In this document: in pieces, positions 36,457-44,637 of the stretch
Position numbering within the stretch: the first letter of the stretch is position 1
Layout of the letters: every line of letters begins with the position of its first letter
Source of the DNA: Candidatus Thorarchaeota archaeon
GTDB taxonomy: Archaea; Asgardarchaeota; Thorarchaeia; Thorarchaeales; Thorarchaeaceae
NCBI GenBank assembly: GCA_016839605.1
Contig: JAEOTX010000140.1
Span: 1-48,373, forward strand
Reading direction: 5' to 3'
DNA length: 48,373 nt
Notes under the pieces: generated by a model
Databases searched by the model: none
Told to the model about the DNA's origin: nothing
What the model saw: only the letters and a program-made list of their open reading frames with translations
Position numbers and translations under genes: made by a program

Positions 36457-38298
36457 ATGGCATATAAAATGGAAAAAGAGCTAATTGCTGCCTATCAGGC
36501 TGTAACTCACAAGCCTGATTGGCTTACAAATGATAGACTTGAGGCTGCCATGAAAGGTCATGGTGTTCTTGTGATGCCTGCCTTAGCAGTGGGCAACTCA
36601 GTTGCAGCTGATCTGAAAAGAGGTCTTGATATTCAACTAAAAGACGCCGCTGCAAAGGAGATAGACCTTGATATTATTATAGAACGAGCGGTCCGTGCTG
36701 CTAAGGAAGCTGGAGCTTCTCCAGAGAATGCTGCCTTATTGGTTGCTGCGACTGTATACCTTGCTGGGTCCGGTGCCAGAGCAGGTGTACCAATGGCAAA
36801 CCGAAAGGTGGGTGCTTCAGCCCGTATCGCTGCGGGCGCAAGTAGGACATCTGCTATCGCGCTACAGACGAACAAGTTCACGAACCGGCTCACTGCTTTT
36901 CCAGCCTACATGGCGATATACGAGGCGATTATGGAAAAGAAAGTAACTAAGATTGATGGTAGTAAACTGCCGCTCTTCCTAAGTGGTGGAGCTATCTACG
37001 GTCATGCATCTCTAGCTGAGGATCACATGGTTCCAGAGTTTGCTCGAAACGCGGCAAAGATTGGTGCACAAGCGATGGCTGCTGCCTTTGCTGGTGCTGG
37101 CATGACTCCTAGTCCGCTATGGTGTGCCCTTCTTTCCGCTGCGGTGACAATGGAGATAGTCCATCCGGATGCATTTGCAGGCGAGGAGTATGGTCCCTTT
37201 GGCACAAAGATGTCAAGCTACTTCGCTGGACTCGGTGCAGTAGAGGGAGCAGGACTCCCAGAGAAGATACACTGGCGAGGGACGAACGAAGAGATTGAAA
37301 CGGCCGATATAATCGGCGACTTTGGTCTGATTCTGAAGGATATTGGAGGGCCATCTCTAATAGGGTCCATGGCTCTCAACGAGATGTTCGCAGGATTCCA
37401 AGAGGCTCCCTTGATGTACGCAGGATTCTCCGGTGGACCCGTTAATCCACCCAGTGGTCACCTGAACTCTGATGTAGCACCCATCCTCCGTATACTCACT
37501 CAGAATGGTTGGGACGTTGAGGATGCCGCAGCCAAGGTGAGAGAGTACAAGTTTGGTGGTTTCATCGATCCTGAGATGGCTCTTGCCGGAATCAACAATG
37601 TAGCAAGAAAGGCAGAACAAGCAAACCGAGGCTTCATCACTGACACACTCATCAAGGCGAGTCAGCCTGTCATGACTAGAGCTGTTACTCGAAGGATTAA
37701 GAAAGCTCACAAAATGATTAAGGCTGGCAAAAGCCCAGGCGATGTGGCAAAGAAGCTAGACGAAGAACGTCTGGCTTATGTCGAAGCACGAGGCTCAGCG
37801 ATTCTGACTTGGTTCCTACAGATGCTTGGTGTCATTAAGGGTGAGGTGAAAATCAAATTCACTGAACTTAGACCACAGGCCCGACGATGTGACAAGTTCA
37901 CAGCAAAATACTGGGGCTTCGACTCTTACATCAGTTATGACCTTGAAATTGAGGGTAAGAAATATCACGTCGATAACCTGTCTTCTGAGGCCACACTTGA
38001 CTTTGTTCTTGAAGGCAAGAACGCAGATGACCCTCTGTATGTTTGGGTCCTGTTCTGTGGAAATGTTGTAGCACAGGAATTACAATACATTGGCTTCAGT
38101 ATCATGAATATCACTGTTCCTGCAGCCATGGGCAGTATCCTCGGCATGGAGCCGAAGAAGGCTGCCAAGGACGCAGAGAACGGGGCATACCTGAGCTGTG
38201 CAATTCCAGGAGCCCGGGAGAACGCAATAAGGGTCGCAGAGTTGGCTAAGGAACTCTATGACTGGTTAGGGCAAGTTAAACACGAAGTTCTTCCTTAG
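36457..38298 (+). CDS. Conserved-looking hypothetical protein (~613 aa, Ala/Gly-rich, enzyme-like)
   Basis: Long ORF with motif-like segments AGVPMANRKVGA, IYGHASLAED, EIVHPDA, GGPVNPP.GH; no family recognised. Confidence 0.85.
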   Translation: MAYKMEKELIAAYQAVTHKPDWLTNDRLEAAMKGHGVLVMPALAVGNSVAADLKRGLDIQLKDAAAKEIDLDIIIERAVRAAKEAGASPENAALLVAATVYLAGSGARAGVPMANRKVGASARIAAGASRTSAIALQTNKFTNRLTAFPAYMAIYEAIMEKKVTKIDGSKLPLFLSGGAIYGHASLAEDHMVPEFARNAAKIGAQAMAAAFAGAGMTPSPLWCALLSAAVTMEIVHPDAFAGEEYGPFGTKMSSYFAGLGAVEGAGLPEKIHWRGTNEEIETADIIGDFGLILKDIGGPSLIGSMALNEMFAGFQEAPLMYAGFSGGPVNPPSGHLNSDVAPILRILTQNGWDVEDAAAKVREYKFGGFIDPEMALAGINNVARKAEQANRGFITDTLIKASQPVMTRAVTRRIKKAHKMIKAGKSPGDVAKKLDEERLAYVEARGSAILTWFLQMLGVIKGEVKIKFTELRPQARRCDKFTAKYWGFDSYISYDLEIEGKKYHVDNLSSEATLDFVLEGKNADDPLYVWVLFCGNVVAQELQYIGFSIMNITVPAAMGSILGMEPKKAAKDAENGAYLSCAIPGARENAIRVAELAKELYDWLGQVKHEVLP

Positions 38299-38300
38299 AC

Positions 38301-38333
38301 GTAGGGGTTTCATCCCCTACCCCCCTTTCTTTC
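38301..38333 (+). terminator. Stem-loop plus pyrimidine tract after the 613-aa gene
   Basis: GTAGGGG-TTTCAT-CCCCTAC followed by CCCCCTTTCTTTC. Confidence 0.55.
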
Positions 38334-38351
38334 AATGGAGGCCTTCAGAGC

Positions 38352-38843
38352 TTGCTTATCATGATTACAGTTGACAACGTGAGTGGTGAGGTGATTCCCT
38401 ATCTCATTGAAACCTCAATCGAGCGCGGAGCCAAGAATATGCATGTAGTCCCTGCTATAACAAAGAAGGGCCGTCCAGAGTACCTAATCTTTGTGGATAT
38501 TGATGAGCCCAATCTAGAGCCAGTCATTGGGTTTCTTTTGGCAGAGCTAGGCTCTCTTGGTTATAGAATAATTAGAGATGAACACTTTCCATCAGATTTC
38601 CTAGTAGAAAAAGTCGAAGTGAATCTGTCCTCACTCGGTATATCACTCAATACAGTTGTGCGGATTAAAGTGATTCGACGACAAGATGGTTCGATTATAA
38701 CAGCAAATCTGGAATATGATGACCTGCTCTCTCTCTCGGAGGAACTCATTAGTGGAGCAACTCATATACCCATGATGAAATTGAAGAGTATGATAGAAGG
38801 ACGATATCTGGAACAGTTATTGGGAAAGGCAAAAGATGATTAG
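38352..38843 (+). CDS. larC: LarC C-terminal-type (LarC2/DUF111) nickel insertion protein
   Basis: TVDNVSGE...Y..E....GA......P.ITKKGRP, ELGSLGYR, LEYDD; the N-terminal LarC1 half is absent. Confidence 0.8.
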   Translation: MLIMITVDNVSGEVIPYLIETSIERGAKNMHVVPAITKKGRPEYLIFVDIDEPNLEPVIGFLLAELGSLGYRIIRDEHFPSDFLVEKVEVNLSSLGISLNTVVRIKVIRRQDGSIITANLEYDDLLSLSEELISGATHIPMMKLKSMIEGRYLEQLLGKAKDD

Positions 38844-38866
38844 TGTTGTTGAAATGGAGGATGACT

Positions 38867-39655
38867 ATGAAAAGCACACAAGAGATTTTGGCGGCTCTAG
38901 CTGAGGGGAAGATTGGCATAGAAGATGCTGAGAAGGAGCTAAGAGCGCTATCTCTTGCTCAAGTTGGCAATATTGGGATGATTGATCTCAATAGGCAAGA
39001 GCGAAGCGGCGTGCCAGAAGTGGTCTTCGCAGAAACAAAGACAATAGAGCATCTAACAGAGATTGTGAAGGTCATGGTTGAGAGGAACGGTGTTGTCCTT
39101 CTCACAAGAGTGAGCAAAGCCAAACTTGATACTCTCAGAAACTCGTTCAAAGGTTTAAATTTTGATGCAGCTGGATATGACGACCACTTGACTGTTCTGA
39201 TTCACGAGAACGACTGGTCAGAACCGCCTAAGAATGGGAAGATAGCCATAATGACTGCAGGGACATCTGACATCGCATACGCTCATGAAGCAGAGGCAAT
39301 CGCCAGATTACTTGGTGTAGAAGCACTCACCTACTACGATGTGGGTGTTGCTGGAATTCATCGTCTTATCGAGCCAGTTAAGAAGGTGATTGAAGAGGGC
39401 GCGGACGCGCTTGTTGTATTTGCTGGAATGGAAGGCGCTTTGCCAACTGTCATTGCAGCACTAGTTGACATTCCTGTCATCGGCGTACCTGTTCCAACAG
39501 GCTATGGACATGGTGGCAAGGGCGAAACCGCGCTTGCTTCGATGCTGCAGTCTTGTGCTCCAGGTCTAGCAGTTGTGAATATAGGCAATGGTCTTGGTGC
39601 TGGTGCAGTGGCTTGTCTCATTGCAAAGAGATGTGCGAATAGGGCGAGAGATTAG
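38867..39655 (+). CDS. larB: Nickel pincer cofactor biosynthesis protein LarB
   Basis: D..R..R.GVPEVVF.E.KT, TAGTSD, DVGVAGIHR, AGMEGALP, PVIGVPVPTGYG, MLQSCAPGLAVVNI.NG.GA. Confidence 0.95.
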   Translation: MKSTQEILAALAEGKIGIEDAEKELRALSLAQVGNIGMIDLNRQERSGVPEVVFAETKTIEHLTEIVKVMVERNGVVLLTRVSKAKLDTLRNSFKGLNFDAAGYDDHLTVLIHENDWSEPPKNGKIAIMTAGTSDIAYAHEAEAIARLLGVEALTYYDVGVAGIHRLIEPVKKVIEEGADALVVFAGMEGALPTVIAALVDIPVIGVPVPTGYGHGGKGETALASMLQSCAPGLAVVNIGNGLGAGAVACLIAKRCANRARD

Positions 39656-39724
39656 TTGCTCTCCTTATGCTTGGATTGCAAAGCTTATTTCACATATCGC
39701 CATCATTGGGACTTGGTGGTCTGG

Positions 39725-40090
39725 TTGGTAAATGTGTGTGTTATTGGAGTCTATGTCGATGACATGGACAAAGCATTGGATTTCTACTGTAACATGCTTG
39801 GATTCAAAGTGAAACACAAGTACGATGACTGTTTAGTCCATCTGGAGAATGAAGGACCTTCGTTGATTCTTGAAACGACGGAAAAACCAGTCAACGCAAA
39901 ATACCCTGGCACATCTCAAGTGGCACTGGGAATTGAAACAAAGAATGTGAAGGAAACCGCTGAAAAACTCAGAGCGATTGGTGCTGATGTTATCCATAAT
40001 GCTCCTCGAAAGTTCCCTGCAGGAATCTTCATGGCTGTCCGAGACCCCGCTGGAAACCTGATCGAGTTATTGCAATTTGACGAGAAATGA
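39725..40090 (+). CDS. VOC/glyoxalase family protein
   Basis: VYVDDMDKALDFY...LGF, RDPAGNLIELLQ; start uncertain (TTG 39725 assumed). Confidence 0.88.
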   Translation: MVNVCVIGVYVDDMDKALDFYCNMLGFKVKHKYDDCLVHLENEGPSLILETTEKPVNAKYPGTSQVALGIETKNVKETAEKLRAIGADVIHNAPRKFPAGIFMAVRDPAGNLIELLQFDEK

Positions 40091-40105
40091 ATCTCTGCGC
40101 AGTCA

Positions 40106-40555
40106 TCATCCAAATGAAAACCCATCAGGCAAATGAGGTTTCAAAGCCATAATTCGTGAGAGTGATTCATGGAACGTCTTCAACTCTGGATTCTGCAGAG
40201 CATCTTGCATGAATATCCACTGATACTCAGTGTGCTCCCAGCTCATTTCCACCTCGCCATCGATGTAACTACACCAGAAATTGATGAAGACCATCGGGAA
40301 TTCTTCTGAGCCGCGATAGAAGAACTCAGTATTAACTGGCATGATGACCTCAGCTTTGAGCTTAGTTTCTTCCTCAATCTCTCTCAAAATTCCTGCTGCG
40401 GGACCCTCTCCTCTCTCAAGTCTTCCAGTAACAATCTCCCATCTATTAGGAGCAAAGTCCTTGTCAGGGGACCTCTTTAGAATCAGTATCTTCCCATCAC
40501 GTACTATCACAGCTCCGAGTCCCACATAGAACTGATCCATTATTCGCTTCCTCAT
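40106..40555 (-). CDS. NUDIX hydrolase
   Basis: Nudix box GRLERGE......REIEEET, plus EHTEYQW. Confidence 0.92.
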   Translation of the reverse strand: MRKRIMDQFYVGLGAVIVRDGKILILKRSPDKDFAPNRWEIVTGRLERGEGPAAGILREIEEETKLKAEVIMPVNTEFFYRGSEEFPMVFINFWCSYIDGEVEMSWEHTEYQWIFMQDALQNPELKTFHESLSRIMALKPHLPDGFSFG

Positions 40556-40999
40556 TCAGGTTGTTGTGAAATTCATAAGGTTGGAGAGTAATCGGCGAAG
40601 ATAATCTTCGACCATTTCTATTTCATTGTCCGTGAAATCATGATAGAAGAGGTTTGTCATCTCTTGGGAAACCTGCTGATACTTGCGGTGCAGCATCTTG
40701 GTCTTCTCTGTCAAACTGACCAAAATCTTACGTTTGTCAACATCTGATGGATTTCTCTCAATAAGCCCCTCTGCGTCCATTCTTTCAAGCATGTCAGTCA
40801 GGGTCGACTTACCAAGCTGAGTTCTATTAGCTAACTCTCGAATAGGAATTCTATCCTCTCGCCAGAGGGCAAAGAGGATTCTGCCCTGACCTGGACTGAT
40901 TTCTATTGCATGTTCCTTGAGCATCTTTGAGAATATCCTGCTTGATAGATGATGTATCTTCGTGATGAGAAACCCTCCCTCACTGACCTGCATTCTCAA
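40556..40999 (-). CDS. MarR family transcriptional regulator
   Basis: QGRILF.LW, ELA..T.L.KSTLT.ML.RM...GLI.R.....DKR...V.LT. Confidence 0.93.
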   Translation of the reverse strand: MRMQVSEGGFLITKIHHLSSRIFSKMLKEHAIEISPGQGRILFALWREDRIPIRELANRTQLGKSTLTDMLERMDAEGLIERNPSDVDKRKILVSLTEKTKMLHRKYQQVSQEMTNLFYHDFTDNEIEMVEDYLRRLLSNLMNFTTT

Positions 41000-41469
41000 T
41001 CACCCAACTCAATCCGGAATGTTCTGCTCTGGTTCCACCCCTTTGCCCTTTTAGCGTGGAACCTGAGAACCGTGTGATCTGGATCGTCATATCCGCCCGG
41101 GTAGTACTTCTCCCACCCATCATGCCATATGGCCTGTTTCATTCCGACATCCGTGACTATCTCAATGGTCCCACCAAGCATTGCTCCACGCCATTCATCT
41201 GGAGTGCAATAATAGACTGATGCCTTTGGATTTGCTCTTACATCCTCTATCTTTGTAGAAGACGTATTTGTAGAGAAAATCACAAAGAAGTCATCTTGCT
41301 GCTTTGAGAAGAAGGATTTGAGTTTCGGGAACTTCTCACTATTCCTGAGGTTGAACATGGCTCTGGTCTGCGGAAAACCCTCTCCGTCAATGGTTGTGAG
41401 GTATACCGGCCATGCCTCATCCATCAGTCGGATGCACACTTGCCTCTCACTATCACTCATCTCTTTCAC
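40996..41469 (-). CDS. Pyridoxamine 5'-phosphate oxidase-like (general stress protein 26 type) FMN-binding protein
   Basis: LTTID.EGFPQTRAM, FSTNTSS.K, NPKASVY, KYYPGG..DPD. Confidence 0.88.
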   Translation of the reverse strand: MKEMSDSERQVCIRLMDEAWPVYLTTIDGEGFPQTRAMFNLRNSEKFPKLKSFFSKQQDDFFVIFSTNTSSTKIEDVRANPKASVYYCTPDEWRGAMLGGTIEIVTDVGMKQAIWHDGWEKYYPGGYDDPDHTVLRFHAKRAKGWNQSRTFRIELGD

Positions 41470-41477
41470 CTGAATAT

Positions 41478-41516
41478 TTGTTCGGTACCGTACTAATTTA
41501 GTATTGTATCGTACTA
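41478..41516. promoter_or_regulatory. Tandem 18-bp palindromes, putative MarR operator
   Basis: TTGTTCGGTACCGTACTA (41478-41495) and TAGTATTGTATCGTACTA (41499-41516), 21 bp apart, next to a minus-strand TTAAATA box. Confidence 0.65.
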
Positions 41517-41611
41517 TTTAAGGATTAACAGCCACGCAATGTCTGGATTACGACTTTACAGGCCAGAATATTACTAGGCCTGGGAATGTTTCACAGGTTT
41601 TAGGAGGGGGT

Positions 41612-42481
41612 CTACTCCTCCTTTTCCTTTCGTCTCTTGTCTTGAATCTTATCCATGAACTCCGCAGTTATCAGCTGAATACCTTCTTCTTTCGCGGCTT
41701 CTACACATCCTGCTATTGCTCTCTTGAGGAATATTCGAGGAACACGAACTAGCTTGGCACATGCATCCTCGGTCCATTCGACACTCGGATCATAGCGCTT
41801 TGCAGCATACCACACTGTGTTCCAAGTGGTACCTTTACCCTCTGCCATCTTCATTGAATAGGGCTTGGAAGATTTCATGAACCAGAAGAACATGTTGTCC
41901 CTGAATCCATAGTCTATAGGTAGGTTCGGAAAAGACTTGGCATCCATACCCCTCACGATTGCATCTTTGTACTTCTTCTTCAAGAGAATGCTGTCAACAC
42001 GGAGGACAAAGTTATCGCCTTCCTCACATAGCTTATGGTTATAGCTTTTGTCCCATGAGCACTCAAAGACTTGTACAGCCTCTTCCACAATCTCGGAATA
42101 CTGGACTCCTGCATCCTTTTCTTCCCTCATTGAAGGGGCCAGGGTGAAGACGCTGTTCTTCATCTTCTCCTCGGTTGTTTCACCCGGATACCCAAGTTCA
42201 ACACACCCTTCAAGCTGCTTCTTATCATCTGCAACGAAGTTAATAGCACACAGTCCTGTTCGTTTGATGTTCATGGCCGTGTTGCTATCTGAGCGTGTGG
42301 CCAACATCATCGAGAACTTTCCCTGATCTGCAATCACAAATGGGAAGACCAGCGAGTATGGTCCCAAGTTTGTCTGTCCTGACTCAGATACAGTACTGAT
42401 GAGAACAACAGGCATTGGAAAGAACGAACTGGTCTGGTAATAGTTATCTAGGATTCTAATGGATTCAAAGTCGGCGACCAT
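41612..42481 (-). CDS. Flavin reductase-like protein with a C-terminal PCP_red-like domain
   Basis: FPMPVVLIST..SG.TNLGPYS, SNTA.NI.RTG..AINF; C-terminal WTEDA.AKL.RVP.IF......E..K.EG...IT.E.M. Confidence 0.8.
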   Translation of the reverse strand: MVADFESIRILDNYYQTSSFFPMPVVLISTVSESGQTNLGPYSLVFPFVIADQGKFSMMLATRSDSNTAMNIKRTGLCAINFVADDKKQLEGCVELGYPGETTEEKMKNSVFTLAPSMREEKDAGVQYSEIVEEAVQVFECSWDKSYNHKLCEEGDNFVLRVDSILLKKKYKDAIVRGMDAKSFPNLPIDYGFRDNMFFWFMKSSKPYSMKMAEGKGTTWNTVWYAAKRYDPSVEWTEDACAKLVRVPRIFLKRAIAGCVEAAKEEGIQLITAEFMDKIQDKRRKEKEE

Positions 42482-42625
42482 TAGTAGAAGCCTTACGACG
42501 GATTAATAATATCATCTAATATGTCATATCAAAGCTATTTGAGAATCTCAGAAATTAAAAAACAAATCTTATACTATCTCTGTTTTTTCAGTCATCTTAT
42601 ATTCAATCTTCGAGAGGAAATTGAT

Positions 42626-42928
42626 ATGAAAGAACATGCTGATGTATTCGATATTGACTCATTCATTGACAGATGCGTAAGGGAACTAGAGCTAAATCCA
42701 GTAGTCGGAAAAGAGGCAAAAGAAATCATGAAACTTGCTGCGGATACTGGCATCTCCTCGGGCGCAAATCCTATTGGTCAGGTGTCTGCAGCTGTCTATG
42801 TCGCCTCGATTCTAACCGAGAACCGTATTACACAGAGGTCTATTGCTGAGTTCGCTGGAGTGTCTGAGGCGACAATCCGGAAACGCTACGTGGAATTGGC
42901 AAAGGGACTGGGATACTACTCTACGTAG
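42626..42928 (+). CDS. Mini-TFB: single C-terminal cyclin fold with BRE-binding HTH
   Basis: SG.NP.G..SAAVYVAS......TQRSIAEFAGVSEATIRKRY.EL matches TFB repeat 2; ATG 42626 follows GAGAGG; 100 aa. Confidence 0.85.
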   Translation: MKEHADVFDIDSFIDRCVRELELNPVVGKEAKEIMKLAADTGISSGANPIGQVSAAVYVASILTENRITQRSIAEFAGVSEATIRKRYVELAKGLGYYST

Positions 42929-43907
42929 AGGGTGATGTTTTATCCAACTCGCTGTTGTTCACTAAACGTCTAGCCTGAAGTACCTGAATCAATGTCACAG
43001 AGAGAGCAAGTATAATCAGACCAATCCAGTCTAAGGGATCAAGAACCTCTCCCAAGAAGACTATGGACAATATGACGATCTGAGGCAGCATTGTACTGTT
43101 TATTACTGTAATATCGACGGCTCGGAGGGTCTGCATGGCTTTGTTCCATAGAGTGAACGCGAAAGCAGTGTTGACGATGCTTAGCCATATAATGTAGAGA
43201 AGTGCAATGGGTGTGACAACTGAAAGTCCTTCCAGTGTCAGACCAGCCACCAGAAGAACTCCTGCTCCAATTGCCATGCTCACACCTGTGACAACGATGG
43301 GAGGAGTGTTTCGTTCCCTGTTTATTGATCTCCCCATTATGGATGAGAATGCATTTGCGACTACACCAATCAAGACAACGATGAGACCAACTGTTTCAGA
43401 GAGGTCCAGGTCGATTGGATAGAAGTATATCATCGCGCCTATAACGACAAGGAAGACCAAGACGGTCTGCGTCCTAGTAGGTACCTCTTTGAGCATAATG
43501 ACACCCAATCCTAGAACAACAATCGGTGTTAGATTCAGAAGCATTGACACAGGGATTGCATCCATCAGGTCCAGTCCAATGAATTGTGCCCCTTGAGTGA
43601 TGGCCACAAACACCAAACCATAGAGAAAGATGGTCTGCCACCACCGTCTATCTTGATTTCTGATCAAAGCTCGATGCACTGGATTTGACAGGATTATCGC
43701 TACGAGTATCCCCGCTGCAATAGAATACCTCAGTCCAGCGAAGGTGATTGGAGGGAGGCCCTCTCCCTCAAGACCAAACTTGATTATGACCCAGGATGAT
43801 GCCCAGAGAACTGTGACAAAGAGGGCCTCGCCCACTGCTATGTAGTGTCGTTTTGGTGCTGTTTCCGATTCCGAATTCTTAGAATCGCGCGCTAGTTCTG
43901 GATCCAT
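42921..43907 (-). CDS. EamA/DMT family transporter
   Basis: LWASSWVIIK.GL, P.TFAGLRY, NTAFAFTLWN, ~10 TM segments. Confidence 0.92.
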   Translation of the reverse strand: MDPELARDSKNSESETAPKRHYIAVGEALFVTVLWASSWVIIKFGLEGEGLPPITFAGLRYSIAAGILVAIILSNPVHRALIRNQDRRWWQTIFLYGLVFVAITQGAQFIGLDLMDAIPVSMLLNLTPIVVLGLGVIMLKEVPTRTQTVLVFLVVIGAMIYFYPIDLDLSETVGLIVVLIGVVANAFSSIMGRSINRERNTPPIVVTGVSMAIGAGVLLVAGLTLEGLSVVTPIALLYIIWLSIVNTAFAFTLWNKAMQTLRAVDITVINSTMLPQIVILSIVFLGEVLDPLDWIGLIILALSVTLIQVLQARRLVNNSELDKTSPST

Positions 43908-43979
43908 ATTATCCGCCTGTGTTTACCAAAGCATTAATGACGAATTAGATTGATGCCGTCATAAGACGGGTGCATATTA

Positions 43980-44624
43980 ATGGTGCTTCAATGTACAATC
44001 GAAGTTGGTGCTGATGACTACTACTCCTGTGACCTCACTCGGAAATTCCCTGTTCGTGTGACACTTGTGACAATCAATGGAGATACGGGTTTTGGGATAA
44101 CAGAGTCTTCGAAAGGAGATGAAGAAGCGATTCAGAACTACATCAAGGGACTCGAAGCCTCGTCTAGCATCAAGGAAGTAAGTATTCTGCATAGGTCTCA
44201 GGAAGCATATTGGACCAGAGTGGTCCATAAGATGGATCGGGCGTCAATACACGAAACCATCCTAGATAGCGGGTGTATGACACGTCTACCAATTATTGTA
44301 GAGCAAGGACTACAGTATCATACCGTCTTGGCACCATCTCAAGACACACTAAGCGAGTTGATTCGTTCACTGCGAACACGGTTCCCTCACGTTCGTATCA
44401 GGCGACTGAAGTCCCAGCCAACAGCATCTTTTGGAGTCGCACTAACAGAGAAGCAACAAGAAGCATTTCTTCTCGCATTTCAGTCTGGATACTATGAAAT
44501 GCCTCGCAAATCACGAATTGACCAGTTGTGTATGAAACTTGGCATCAAGCGTGTAGCAATGCAGGAGCGACTAAGACGTGCAGAGCGTCGAATCATCTCT
44601 GAATTTGCTGAAACATTAGCTTAG
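43980..44624 (+). CDS. Bat-like (HTH_10) archaeal transcriptional regulator
   Basis: C-terminal LTEKQ.EA..LAF..GYYE.PRK.....L...LGI....M.ERLRRAERRI. Confidence 0.9.
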   Translation: MVLQCTIEVGADDYYSCDLTRKFPVRVTLVTINGDTGFGITESSKGDEEAIQNYIKGLEASSSIKEVSILHRSQEAYWTRVVHKMDRASIHETILDSGCMTRLPIIVEQGLQYHTVLAPSQDTLSELIRSLRTRFPHVRIRRLKSQPTASFGVALTEKQQEAFLLAFQSGYYEMPRKSRIDQLCMKLGIKRVAMQERLRRAERRIISEFAETLA

Positions 44625-44637
44625 TTCCTGTTGCTCT

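Noticed and set aside
38301-38320. GTAG-type REP element
   Set aside because: Single copy with no RAYT transposase in the window; better explained as a terminator or processing hairpin.
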